From: Myxococcota bacterium
Lineage (GTDB): Bacteria > Myxococcota > JACRCW01
NCBI GenBank assembly: GCA_040752415.1
Contig: JBFMGU010000213.1
Location: forward strand, 1 to 17,917
DNA: 17,917 bases
Reading direction: 5' to 3'
Shown here piece after piece: positions 1-8,978 of the stretch (its first letter is position 1; each line of letters opens with the position of its first letter). The position numbers and the translations under genes are program-made. The notes beneath the pieces are model-generated. The model saw only the letters and a list, made by a program, of their open reading frames with translations, did no database searches and had not been told where the DNA came from.

Positions 1-12
1 CGCCCAATGCGT

Positions 13-66
13 GCCCCCCTTCCCCCGCTCGGTGACGACGACGAATCGGGTCTGGGGAAGGGGGGC
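13..66. repeat. Inverted repeat / strong hairpin downstream of the cytochrome c gene
   Basis: GCCCCCCTTCCCC (13-25) is the perfect reverse complement of GGGGAAGGGGGGC (54-66). An inner stem GCTCGGT (27-33)/ATCGGGT (45-51) pairs using G-U on the + strand. No U-tract on either side. Confidence 0.6.
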
Positions 67-150
67 GAGTGAGCCCAGCGGCATGAAAGCGGGGGGGTTA
101 GGTGTTCGCCCGCACCGCCCAGCCAGGGCTCCTCTGTTCTGACGTAGCCC

Positions 151-840
151 TCACTTGCCCTTGAGCGAGCGGATGTAGGCCACCAGCGCGCGCAGCTTGG
201 CGCCGTCCAGGCTCTCGGCGAACGACGGCATCTGGTTCCGCCCGTGCGCAATCACGCTGGCAATGGCGGCGTCACCCACGCGCGCCTGGAACTCCGCGGT
301 GCTGAGGTCGGGCACCTGGCCCACGCCCTGGACCATGCCGCCCTTCCCGTTCATGCCGTGGCAGCGCGCGCACTGGTTGCCGAACTCACGCTGGCCCAGC
401 GCCGGGTCCCCACCGCCCCAGTTGGTGCCGGATGCGCCCACCGCGCCCGTCTGGTTCCCCGCGCCGCCACCACCGCCACCACCTGCGCCGTGCACCGCGT
501 CGTTGGGCATGGCCGGTCCCGCGTTGGGCAGGCCGCGCGCGGCGAGATCCCCACCGCCGGGTTGGGCGGGTTGGCTGGAAGGGGCTGCGGGCTGGCCAGT
601 GGGGTCGTAGCCCGGGGCGGGGGCCTCCTGCGCCGAGGGCGGCGGGGCCTTCATGGTGTTGCCCATGAGCGCGCCGGTCTGTGGCTGCTGCGTCCCGAAT
701 CCCTGGCCCCAGTTTGGTGCCGCACCGGGCTTGTCGGACTCCGCGGTGGGCATCTTCTGCTGGCAACCCCAGCCTGCAAGGGCAGCGGTGATGGCCAGGG
801 CACAGGCCCCGCCGATGACGGGATGGGCAGCGCGCTTCAA
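151..840 (-). CDS. Lipoprotein-anchored monoheme class I cytochrome c with long Pro/Gly/Ala/Gln linker (~229 aa)
   Basis: TTG start at 840 preceded by AAAGGAGAGGACC (RBS). Signal peptide ends in LAGWGC (lipobox-like). Low-complexity linker, then GDPALGQREFGNQCARCHG (CxxCH at 358-372), a distal Met in QMPSF and C-terminal LVAYIRSL, all typical of class I cytochrome c. Confidence 0.88.
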   Translation of the reverse strand: MKRAAHPVIGGACALAITAALAGWGCQQKMPTAESDKPGAAPNWGQGFGTQQPQTGALMGNTMKAPPPSAQEAPAPGYDPTGQPAAPSSQPAQPGGGDLAARGLPNAGPAMPNDAVHGAGGGGGGGAGNQTGAVGASGTNWGGGDPALGQREFGNQCARCHGMNGKGGMVQGVGQVPDLSTAEFQARVGDAAIASVIAHGRNQMPSFAESLDGAKLRALVAYIRSLKGK

Positions 841-973
841 GGTCCTCTCCTTTGGGAACGTGCGGCCCCCCTTTAACGCGGCGACCGGTGGCGGCCAAAT
901 CTGGTCACGCCCGCGGGCCCGATTTACGGTGGGATTGCCCACGCTCTCACTCCCGCGTGGCCCTGTTCTGACC

Positions 974-1603
974 ATGCTCTACGCCATTGTGGATCCGCAG
1001 TCGGCCCCGGGGGGCAACGTGGTGGACCTGGCCTCCCGCTGCCTGGACGGCGGTGCCCGGTACCTCCAGCTGCGGGCCAAGCTCCTCCCCGACGTGGAGG
1101 TCCTCCGGCTGGCCAGTGCGCTGGTGGAGCTCTCCCGCGGCCGGGCCCAGTTCTTCCTCAATGACCGCCCGGATCTTGCCGCGCTGTGCGGCGCCGACGG
1201 AGCCCACGTGGGCCAGGACGACCTCCCCGCACTCCACGCCCGCCGCGCGCTGCGGCCCGAACAGCAGCTGGGCCTCTCCACCCACACCGACGAGGATGTC
1301 CGCGCCGCCGTCCTGGCCGGGGTGGACCTCATGGGCTTTGGCCCGGTCTTCCCCAGCGGCACCAAGCAGGGGCACGCCGACGTCACCGGACCGGAAGGAC
1401 TGGCTCGCGCGGTGGCGTTGGCGCGCGGAACGCCGGTGGTGGCCATTGGCGGAATCACCGAGGAGAACGCGGCGGCGTGCGGCGCGGCGGGAGCGCACGC
1501 GGTGGCCGTCATTGGTGCGCTCGCGCAGTCCGCGGATCCCGCCGCCACGGCGCGCAGGATCATCGAGGCGTTCGAGCGTGGTCGCGCGGAGGGGAAGGCA
1601 TGA
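974..1603 (+). CDS. thiE: Thiamine phosphate synthase
   Basis: MLYAIVD start; motifs QLRAK, NDRPDLA, GAHVGQDD, GLSTH, FGPVFPSGTK, VAIGGI. The start could lie a few codons upstream; the ORF-track start at 653 overlaps the divergent cytochrome gene. Confidence 0.93.
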   Translation: MLYAIVDPQSAPGGNVVDLASRCLDGGARYLQLRAKLLPDVEVLRLASALVELSRGRAQFFLNDRPDLAALCGADGAHVGQDDLPALHARRALRPEQQLGLSTHTDEDVRAAVLAGVDLMGFGPVFPSGTKQGHADVTGPEGLARAVALARGTPVVAIGGITEENAAACGAAGAHAVAVIGALAQSADPAATARRIIEAFERGRAEGKA

Positions 1604-2346
1604 AGAGGCCCATCATCGTCGTCACGCCGGACATCACGGTGCGCCAGAGCTACGGCGTGGACCAGCGCATCTACGAGCTGAATGCCGCGTACACCGACGC
1701 GGTGGTCGCGGCGGGCGGTCTCCCCGTGGTGGCGCCCTACCAGGAGGACCCGGTTGCGCTGCGCGAGCTCATGGACGCCGCGGACGGGCTGCTCCTCACC
1801 GGCGGTGACTTCGACGTCGACCCGCGCATGTTCGGAGCGCGTCCGCATCCCAAGCTGGGGACGCTGAAGCCCTCGCGCACGCAGTTCGAGAAGGAGCTGT
1901 TCCTGCTGGCCCGGGAGCGCGATCTCCCGACGCTGGGCGTGTGCGGCGGCATGCAGCTCATGAACGTGCTGATGGGCGGCACGCTGTGGCAGGACCTCCC
2001 CGACGAGCGCCCCACCGCGGTGGCGCACAGCCAGAAGTATGACCGTCGTCGCCCGGGGCACAGCGTCACGCTCACGCCGGGCACGCGCATGCACGGGATC
2101 TACGAGCAGGACGTCATCAAGGTGAACACCAGCCATCACCAGGCGGTGCGAGACCTGGCGCCGGGTCTCGTGGGAAGCGGCATCAGCGAGGACGGTCTGG
2201 TGGAAGCGCTGGAGATTCCACGGCTGCGCTTTGCGCTGGGCGTGCAGTGGCACCCGGAAACGCTGGCCCCCACCGACGAGGATCCGCGTCCTCGCGCGGT
2301 GTACCAGGCCTTCATCCGGGCGGCGGCGGAACGGGGGCGGAGATGA
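1600..2346 (+). CDS. Class I glutamine amidotransferase-like protein, gamma-glutamyl-gamma-aminobutyrate hydrolase (PuuD / peptidase C26) family, 248 aa
   Basis: ATG overlaps the thiE stop (ATGA). Motifs DGLLLTGGDFDVDP, LGVCGGMQ (nucleophile Cys), VNTSHHQAV, GVQWHPE (His-Glu of the triad). Confidence 0.9.
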   Translation: MKRPIIVVTPDITVRQSYGVDQRIYELNAAYTDAVVAAGGLPVVAPYQEDPVALRELMDAADGLLLTGGDFDVDPRMFGARPHPKLGTLKPSRTQFEKELFLLARERDLPTLGVCGGMQLMNVLMGGTLWQDLPDERPTAVAHSQKYDRRRPGHSVTLTPGTRMHGIYEQDVIKVNTSHHQAVRDLAPGLVGSGISEDGLVEALEIPRLRFALGVQWHPETLAPTDEDPRPRAVYQAFIRAAAERGRR

Positions 2347-5300
2347 GCTTGCAACGCAACGCGGTCCTGGCGTCGGTGGTGTGCGTGCTGGCGCTGGTGA
2401 CGGGCTGCCCCACCGAGAAACCCGACGAGGAGTGCGGCGGCGGGCCCGCGTGCCCGGAGGGGCGCTCCTGCGTCAGCGGTGAGTGCGTGGTCCTGTGCAC
2501 CTCCGACGCGGACTGCGGTGGCCGACGCTGCAATGCCTCCGTGGGCACGTGTGAAGGCTGTGTCTCCGACGACGACTGCCCCCAGGATGGCCAGGTGTGC
2601 GGCGCCTCCGGCGTGTGTGGTCCCGCGGGCGGCTGCTCGCTGGACGAGGAGTGCCCCGGTGGGCGCTGCAACACCGACAAGCGCACCTGCGTGGTCTGCC
2701 TCACCGACGGACACTGCCCCGCCGGCAAGCGCTGTGACGTCGAGCGCGGAACGTGCGGTCCTCCGCCGGGAAGCTGTGAGTCCGACGCGGACTGTGGCGC
2801 GCGCCACTGCCTGACCGAGACGGGACGGTGCGTGGATTGCGTGAACGACACCCACTGCGACGACGGCGTGACCTGCAACACCTCCGCGCACGTGTGCCAG
2901 GTCCCCTGCGACGACGACAGCTCCGAGCCCGACGACGCCGTGGGCGAGGCCAGCGCCCTGGCGCCCGGTTCCGCGCGCAGCGGACAGCTCTGTCCCGCCG
3001 ACCCCGACGTCATGCGGGTGGCCTTGAGCGAGACCGGTGATTTCACCGCGCTGCTCGTCGTGGATGATGACCGGGCGGGAGCGATGCTGGAGCTGTTGGA
3101 CGGCAGTGGTGCGCCGCTGGCCACCGGGGAAGCCACGCCCACGGGAATCCTCGTCGCGCGGGACGGGCTTGAGGCCGGCACGTACCACCTGCAGGTCAGC
3201 GGCACGGGCAGCGCGCCCACCGGCTACCAGCTGCGCACCACCTTCGCGCCGACGGGCGGATGCACGCAGGAAGCCGGTGAGCCCAATGACACCGTCTCCG
3301 ACGCCGACGTGGTGGCGCTGGATGGCACCGCGCGTGGTGGCGCGTTGTGCGGTGCGGACGTCGACATCCTGGCGGTGGACGTGGCGTCGGGGCAGCGCTT
3401 GCGCATCGCGGTGGCGGGGCAGGGCGGGGCGGCGGTGAACGTGGCGCTGCTGGATGCCCAATCCGCCGAGGTGGGAACCGGCAATCCGCTGCAGACCGAA
3501 GGACTGACGGCGGGGCGCTACTACATCCGCATCTCCACGTCGTCGACGGAGGGCGTTCCGTACACCGTGGCCATCAGCGTCTCCGACGGACCGCCGCCGT
3601 GTCGCCAGGTCGACGCCGAGCCCAACAACACCTCCGCGCAGGCCCAGCAGCTTGCCGGTGACGGTGTTCCCACGCTGGGCGCGGTGTGCGCTGGCGACGT
3701 CGACCGCTATCGCCTGGTGCTGCAGGAGCATGACCGCCTCACCGCGACGATCACGTTGGGCGAGGGCGGCGGCTCCCTGCTCATGCAGCTGCTCGACCCG
3801 TCGGGAGGCGAGCTGGCCACCGCGAGTGGCACCGTCGACCTGCCCGATCTGCCCGCCGGCGCGTATGAGCTGGTGGTCCTGGGCGCTACCGCTGGCGACG
3901 AGCGCGCGTACACCCTGACCGTCACGCTCACGGCGGGCGGTCCGCCGCTGGACCCGTGCGAGGACGGCGGCGCCGAGCCCAACAACACCACCGCGGACGC
4001 CACGTCGTTGACGCTGGGCGCCTCTCTCACCGCCCGCATCTGCGCGCAGGACGAGGACCGCTATCTGCTCACCGTTCCCAGTGCGGGCATCCTCCGCGTC
4101 CGCATCGCCTTCACCCACGACGCGGGCGACCTGGACCTGCAGGTCCTCTCCACCACCGACGAGAGTCTCGACTCCTCCACCGGCATCACCGACGAGGAAG
4201 TGGTCGAGCTCGACGTGCCCGCGGGCCCGGTGATCATCCGCGTCTACGGCTTCAGCGGCTCCACCAACCCCTACACGCTCACCACCGGCATGGCCTCGTG
4301 CCCCGGCGACGATCCGCTCGAGGAGAACGACCGCGCCGCCTCCGCCACGGCGGTGGGCCCGGGCTCGTACCCTTCGGTGCGCTGCCCCGGTGACGACGAC
4401 TTCTTCTCCGTGCGTCTTGCCGCCGGCGACAGCCTCACCGCCACGGTGGATGCGTCGAGCCTGTCGGTGGAGGTGCAGGACGCCAACGGCACGCTGCTCA
4501 GCTCCGGGCAGGGAAGCGCGTCGGTCTCCGCGGTGCCGGAGGGTGAGTACCTGGTGCGCATCACCGGCGCGAACAATGCGAACGTCACCTACGGCCTCTC
4601 CATGGCCGTGACGCCGGGGGATGGTCGCGTGTGTGTGGATGATGGCGCGGAGGAGGATGACACCTACTGGGACGCCCGTCGCCCCGACGCGCTCGCGCTG
4701 GCCGACGGCAACGTGCTCCTCTACGGCGTGGCCTGCGCCGGCGACAATGACTTCGTCACCGTCGACGTGCGTGGCCCCTCCCGCGTGATTGCGGACCTCC
4801 TGTTCGACAACGCCAGCAACGACCTGGACCTGCGTCTCATGGAGCGCATGGGCTACAGCGGTCAGACGCGCACCCTGGCCAGCAGCGTTGGCACGACGAC
4901 GCAGGAGCACGTGGAGGGCACCCTGCCGGCGGGTGGGAGCTTCACGCTGGAGGTCCGTCGCTACAACGGGGCGGACGCGCCGGGGTACGCGCTGCGCGTG
5001 GAGACCGAGCCCGTGGAGATTCCCGACGGCGGCTGCCTGGATGACCTGGCCGACACCGCGCTGGCGCGCGACGTCAACGTCGACGGCGGCCTGGAAGCGC
5101 GCGACGACGACACGTTCTCCAACGCGCTCGCTCTCTCCCAGGACGGAGACAGCGTGTACTCGCGTGCGGTGTGCGCGGAGGATTCCGACTGGTACCGCGT
5201 GAGCCTCTCCACCGGCGACAAGCTCGTGGTGGACCTGCGCTACACCTATTCCTCCGGACACGACCTGGACCTCAAGGTCTACAAGCCCTCCGACCCCGAC

Positions 5301-5453
5301 AGCGCGGTGGGCTTCGGCGTGTCCTCCGACGACGACGAACACGTGGAGTACACCGCGACCGAGGCGGGGTACCACCGCATCCAGGTGTACGGCTTCAACG
5401 GCGGAACCAACACGTATTCCATGACGGTGGACGTCGTGGCGGGTGGCGGATGA
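2343..5453 (+). CDS. Large Cys-rich surface lipoprotein with seven 4-Cys repeats and seven PPC-like (pre-peptidase C-terminal-like) beta-sandwich modules, 1036 aa
   Basis: ATGA overlap at 2343. MSLQRN-hydrophobic-LVTGC lipobox. CxxDxxC repeats at ~2430-2900. Seven modules begin C-x4/6-E(P/E)(N/D)(D/N)...C-x2-DxD; several have DLDL and Y.I.V.G. No catalytic peptidase motif seen. Confidence 0.85.
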   Translation: MSLQRNAVLASVVCVLALVTGCPTEKPDEECGGGPACPEGRSCVSGECVVLCTSDADCGGRRCNASVGTCEGCVSDDDCPQDGQVCGASGVCGPAGGCSLDEECPGGRCNTDKRTCVVCLTDGHCPAGKRCDVERGTCGPPPGSCESDADCGARHCLTETGRCVDCVNDTHCDDGVTCNTSAHVCQVPCDDDSSEPDDAVGEASALAPGSARSGQLCPADPDVMRVALSETGDFTALLVVDDDRAGAMLELLDGSGAPLATGEATPTGILVARDGLEAGTYHLQVSGTGSAPTGYQLRTTFAPTGGCTQEAGEPNDTVSDADVVALDGTARGGALCGADVDILAVDVASGQRLRIAVAGQGGAAVNVALLDAQSAEVGTGNPLQTEGLTAGRYYIRISTSSTEGVPYTVAISVSDGPPPCRQVDAEPNNTSAQAQQLAGDGVPTLGAVCAGDVDRYRLVLQEHDRLTATITLGEGGGSLLMQLLDPSGGELATASGTVDLPDLPAGAYELVVLGATAGDERAYTLTVTLTAGGPPLDPCEDGGAEPNNTTADATSLTLGASLTARICAQDEDRYLLTVPSAGILRVRIAFTHDAGDLDLQVLSTTDESLDSSTGITDEEVVELDVPAGPVIIRVYGFSGSTNPYTLTTGMASCPGDDPLEENDRAASATAVGPGSYPSVRCPGDDDFFSVRLAAGDSLTATVDASSLSVEVQDANGTLLSSGQGSASVSAVPEGEYLVRITGANNANVTYGLSMAVTPGDGRVCVDDGAEEDDTYWDARRPDALALADGNVLLYGVACAGDNDFVTVDVRGPSRVIADLLFDNASNDLDLRLMERMGYSGQTRTLASSVGTTTQEHVEGTLPAGGSFTLEVRRYNGADAPGYALRVETEPVEIPDGGCLDDLADTALARDVNVDGGLEARDDDTFSNALALSQDGDSVYSRAVCAEDSDWYRVSLSTGDKLVVDLRYTYSSGHDLDLKVYKPSDPDSAVGFGVSSDDDEHVEYTATEAGYHRIQVYGFNGGTNTYSMTVDVVAGGG

Positions 5454-6700
5454 AGCGCGCGGCGTGGCTCCTGGCACTGGCGTTGTCCTGCGCATCCGAC
5501 AAGGGCGCGCAAGCCGGCGGGAAAGAGCAGCAGGCTCCGGCGGAAGGCGGTGACCTCGTCGACACGCCGGAGACGCAGCAGCAGCGGGATGCGGCGGTGG
5601 CGGTGGTGCTCCAGTGCAGCCGTCTCACCTTCAGCAGTACCGAGCGACCCGTGGAGGCCGTGCTGCATTTCGACCGCGAGGCACGGCCCGTGGGCTTGCG
5701 CCTGCAAGGGCCCGACGACGCCGTGAAGGAGCTGATGTGCCCCGCCGACGTCACCGCGCGCCAGGACGTGCTGGGTGACCAGCCGGGCAGACCGTGGGGC
5801 AAGGAGACGCGGGTGGGCTGGCGCGCGGTGGTCTGGTGCGCCCCTGCGTTGGACGGGAACGGCGGCACGTGTTCGTCGTCGTCGGAGGAGCTACGGCCCG
5901 CGGCGCCGGCTTCGTCCTCGGTGGCGCAGGGTGGCTCTGTGCAACCGTCCGCCGGTGGCACCGTGTTGGGCCGCGCCAGCGACCCGCGGATCTACAAGCT
6001 GCGCCGCCTCCGCGTGGACTTCCCCGGCGACGAGCCCCCCGGCCTGGCCACCCACCTCGCCAAACTGGACCGCGCGCTCACGCTCTGCCTCCATGTGCAG
6101 CAACCGGACCTCAACACCGCGCGCAGCACCGACTTCCACGTCGTCATCCGGGTGGACACGCGCCAGCAGGCCATTGCCGCGCCGCTCATGCCCGTGGGCG
6201 GTCAACCCGCGGAGCTCACCGACGGGCTGCTGGGCTGCGTGGCGCGCGTGGTGCTGAGCGAGGAAGCGCCCGGCGTCGATGTGAAGGTGGCCTATTCCGT
6301 CGTGAGCTCGGTGAGCACGGAGCCTCCTGGCACCAACGTGCAGCGCGTGGAGGTGGCGCTGGTGCAGGAGCGCGTCGAGTACAGCCTGGCGCCGGAGGTC
6401 CGCAGCGCGGCCACCAAGGCCCTGCTGGAGACCGTGCGGTCCTGCGCCAGCAGCTACCCCGTGGAGGTGCTCAGCGCGTCGGAGCGCTGGGCCGCGCCTC
6501 CGCCCATCCGGCTCGTCGGGACCGCGGATTCCACCCGTCGGGACGGCCTGCATTTCCGCACGCTCAGCGCGGAGGCGCCCGCCGTGCTCAAGACCCAGGC
6601 GGACTGCGTGGTGCAACGCGTTCCCGCCCAGGAGAAAGGCACCGCCGCCAACGTGGAATGGCTCATCCAGGTCCGCGTCTCCTCGCTGGGCGAGCCCTGA
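5450..6700 (+). CDS. Hypothetical lipoprotein, 416 aa
   Basis: ATGA overlap at 5450. MKRAAWLLALALSC lipoprotein signal. GC-rich third positions; fills the gap up to ribA. Confidence 0.75.
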   Translation: MKRAAWLLALALSCASDKGAQAGGKEQQAPAEGGDLVDTPETQQQRDAAVAVVLQCSRLTFSSTERPVEAVLHFDREARPVGLRLQGPDDAVKELMCPADVTARQDVLGDQPGRPWGKETRVGWRAVVWCAPALDGNGGTCSSSSEELRPAAPASSSVAQGGSVQPSAGGTVLGRASDPRIYKLRRLRVDFPGDEPPGLATHLAKLDRALTLCLHVQQPDLNTARSTDFHVVIRVDTRQQAIAAPLMPVGGQPAELTDGLLGCVARVVLSEEAPGVDVKVAYSVVSSVSTEPPGTNVQRVEVALVQERVEYSLAPEVRSAATKALLETVRSCASSYPVEVLSASERWAAPPPIRLVGTADSTRRDGLHFRTLSAEAPAVLKTQADCVVQRVPAQEKGTAANVEWLIQVRVSSLGEP

Positions 6701-6766
6701 CCGGGATTCACCGGTGAGCGTGCTTTTGGGCCGCCTTGGTTGTAGAGAGGCCCTCCCAGGTGTGTG

Positions 6767-7420
<654 letters not shown>

Positions 7421-7439
7421 TCATCCCCGCGGAGGCGCC

Positions 7440-8966
7440 ATGGCCGTCCAGATCTTCAACACGCTCACCGGCAACAAGGAGCCGCTCCCGCCTCCGCCCA
7501 CCCACCTCTCGCTCTACGTCTGCGGCGTCACCCCCTATGACTATTCCCACGTGGGCCACGCGCGCGTGTACGTGGCCTTTGACGTGGTGGTGCGGCACCT
7601 GCGTCGTCGTGGGTACACCGTGAAGGTGGTGCGCAACTTCACCGACGTCGACGACAAGATCATCAAGCGCGGCAACGAGCTGGGTGTCCCCGCGGTGGAG
7701 GTGGCCAACAAGTTCATTGACGCGTTCTACGAGGACATGGGCCGCCTCAAGGTGAAGCCCGTGGACGCAGAGCCGCGTGTCACCACGCACATCGAGGAGA
7801 TCATCACGTTCGTGAAGGGTCTCGTCGACAAGGGCATTGCCTACGAGGTGGAAGGCGTGGGCGGCGCGCGCGACGTGTATTACGCCGTCAAGAAGTTCCC
7901 CGGTTATCTCAAGCTCTCCAAGCGCTCCCTGGATGAGCTGCAGGCCGGCGCGCGCGTCGAGGTGGATGAGCGCAAGCGCGACCCGCTGGACTTTGCATTG
8001 TGGAAGAGCGCCAAGCCCGGAGAGCCCTCGTGGGACAGCCCGTGGGGCAAGGGTCGGCCGGGCTGGCACATCGAGTGCTCCGCCATGTGCCGCAAGCACG
8101 TGGGCGACACCGTGGACATCCACGCCGGTGGCCGCGACCTCATCTTCCCGCACCACGAGAACGAGATTGCCCAGAGCGAGGCGCTGACCGGCAAGCCCCT
8201 GGCCCGCTACTGGATGCACAACGGCTTCGTGAACGTCGACGACGAGAAGATGAGCAAGTCGCTGGGCAACTTCTTCACCATCCGCGACGTGCTCAAGAAG
8301 GTCAGCCCGGAGGCGCTGCGCTACTTCCTGCTCAGCACCCACTACCGCAGCCCCATCAACTTCTCCGACGTGCTGCTCGACGAGGCGGAGCGTCGCGTGG
8401 AGGCGCTGTACGAGGCGCGGCGTAGCGCGGCGGAGGTTGCTGCCGGTCCCGACGAGCCCGGTCCCGCGTACAGCGAGATCTTCTCCAAGGTGGAGAGCCT
8501 GGCCGCGGGCATTGGCAACTCATTTGACGTCGCCATGGATGATGACTTCAACACCGCGCGCGCGCTGGGCGTGGTGGCCGACGCGGTGCGTGCTTCCAAC
8601 GCGCTCGTTGGCGCCAAGGAGGCGGAGCTGGTGGGGAAGAAGCTGCCGCAGAAGACGCGCGTGCGGCTGCTCAAGCAGATCTGGGAGGAGCTGGCCGGGC
8701 CCCACGGCGTGCTGCACACGCTCGGCGTCGTCGACCTGGACCCGGAGCAGTATCTCCACGCGCTGCGCCAGCGTCGGTGCGATGAGCGGGGCATTGACCC
8801 GGCGTGGGTGGAGGGTCGACTGCAGGCTCGCGCCGACGCCAAGGCCGCCAAGGACTTTGCCACCTCCGACGCCATCCGCGCCGAGCTGGGCACCAAGGGC
8901 GTGGTCGTCCGCGACAGTCCCACCGGCGTGCGCTGGTCGGTGGAGGAAAAGCCCGCGGGCACCTGA
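7440..8966 (+). CDS. cysS: Cysteine--tRNA ligase, 508 aa
   Basis: GGAGG RBS before ATG 7440. YVCGVTPYDYSHVGH (HIGH), NFTDVDDKII, DFALWK, GRPGWHIECSAM, DLIFPHHENEIAQ, KMSKSLGNF, MDDDFNT. Confidence 0.97.
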   Translation: MAVQIFNTLTGNKEPLPPPPTHLSLYVCGVTPYDYSHVGHARVYVAFDVVVRHLRRRGYTVKVVRNFTDVDDKIIKRGNELGVPAVEVANKFIDAFYEDMGRLKVKPVDAEPRVTTHIEEIITFVKGLVDKGIAYEVEGVGGARDVYYAVKKFPGYLKLSKRSLDELQAGARVEVDERKRDPLDFALWKSAKPGEPSWDSPWGKGRPGWHIECSAMCRKHVGDTVDIHAGGRDLIFPHHENEIAQSEALTGKPLARYWMHNGFVNVDDEKMSKSLGNFFTIRDVLKKVSPEALRYFLLSTHYRSPINFSDVLLDEAERRVEALYEARRSAAEVAAGPDEPGPAYSEIFSKVESLAAGIGNSFDVAMDDDFNTARALGVVADAVRASNALVGAKEAELVGKKLPQKTRVRLLKQIWEELAGPHGVLHTLGVVDLDPEQYLHALRQRRCDERGIDPAWVEGRLQARADAKAAKDFATSDAIRAELGTKGVVVRDSPTGVRWSVEEKPAGT

Positions 8967-8978
8967 GACGAAGGCGGA

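Noticed and set aside
841..973. TPP riboswitch upstream of thiE
   Set aside because: No CUGAGA or CCUGAU/AGGGA core; the short region is a divergent promoter gap.
2136..5495. 1119-aa minus-strand ORF and other long antisense/alternate-frame ORFs (979-2253, 5891-7393, 9053-10717, 13264-15036)
   Set aside because: Shadow ORFs of real GC-rich genes: no motifs, and they fully overlap well-supported CDSs.
6701..6766. FMN riboswitch upstream of ribA
   Set aside because: Only 66 bp, too short, and no RFN consensus.
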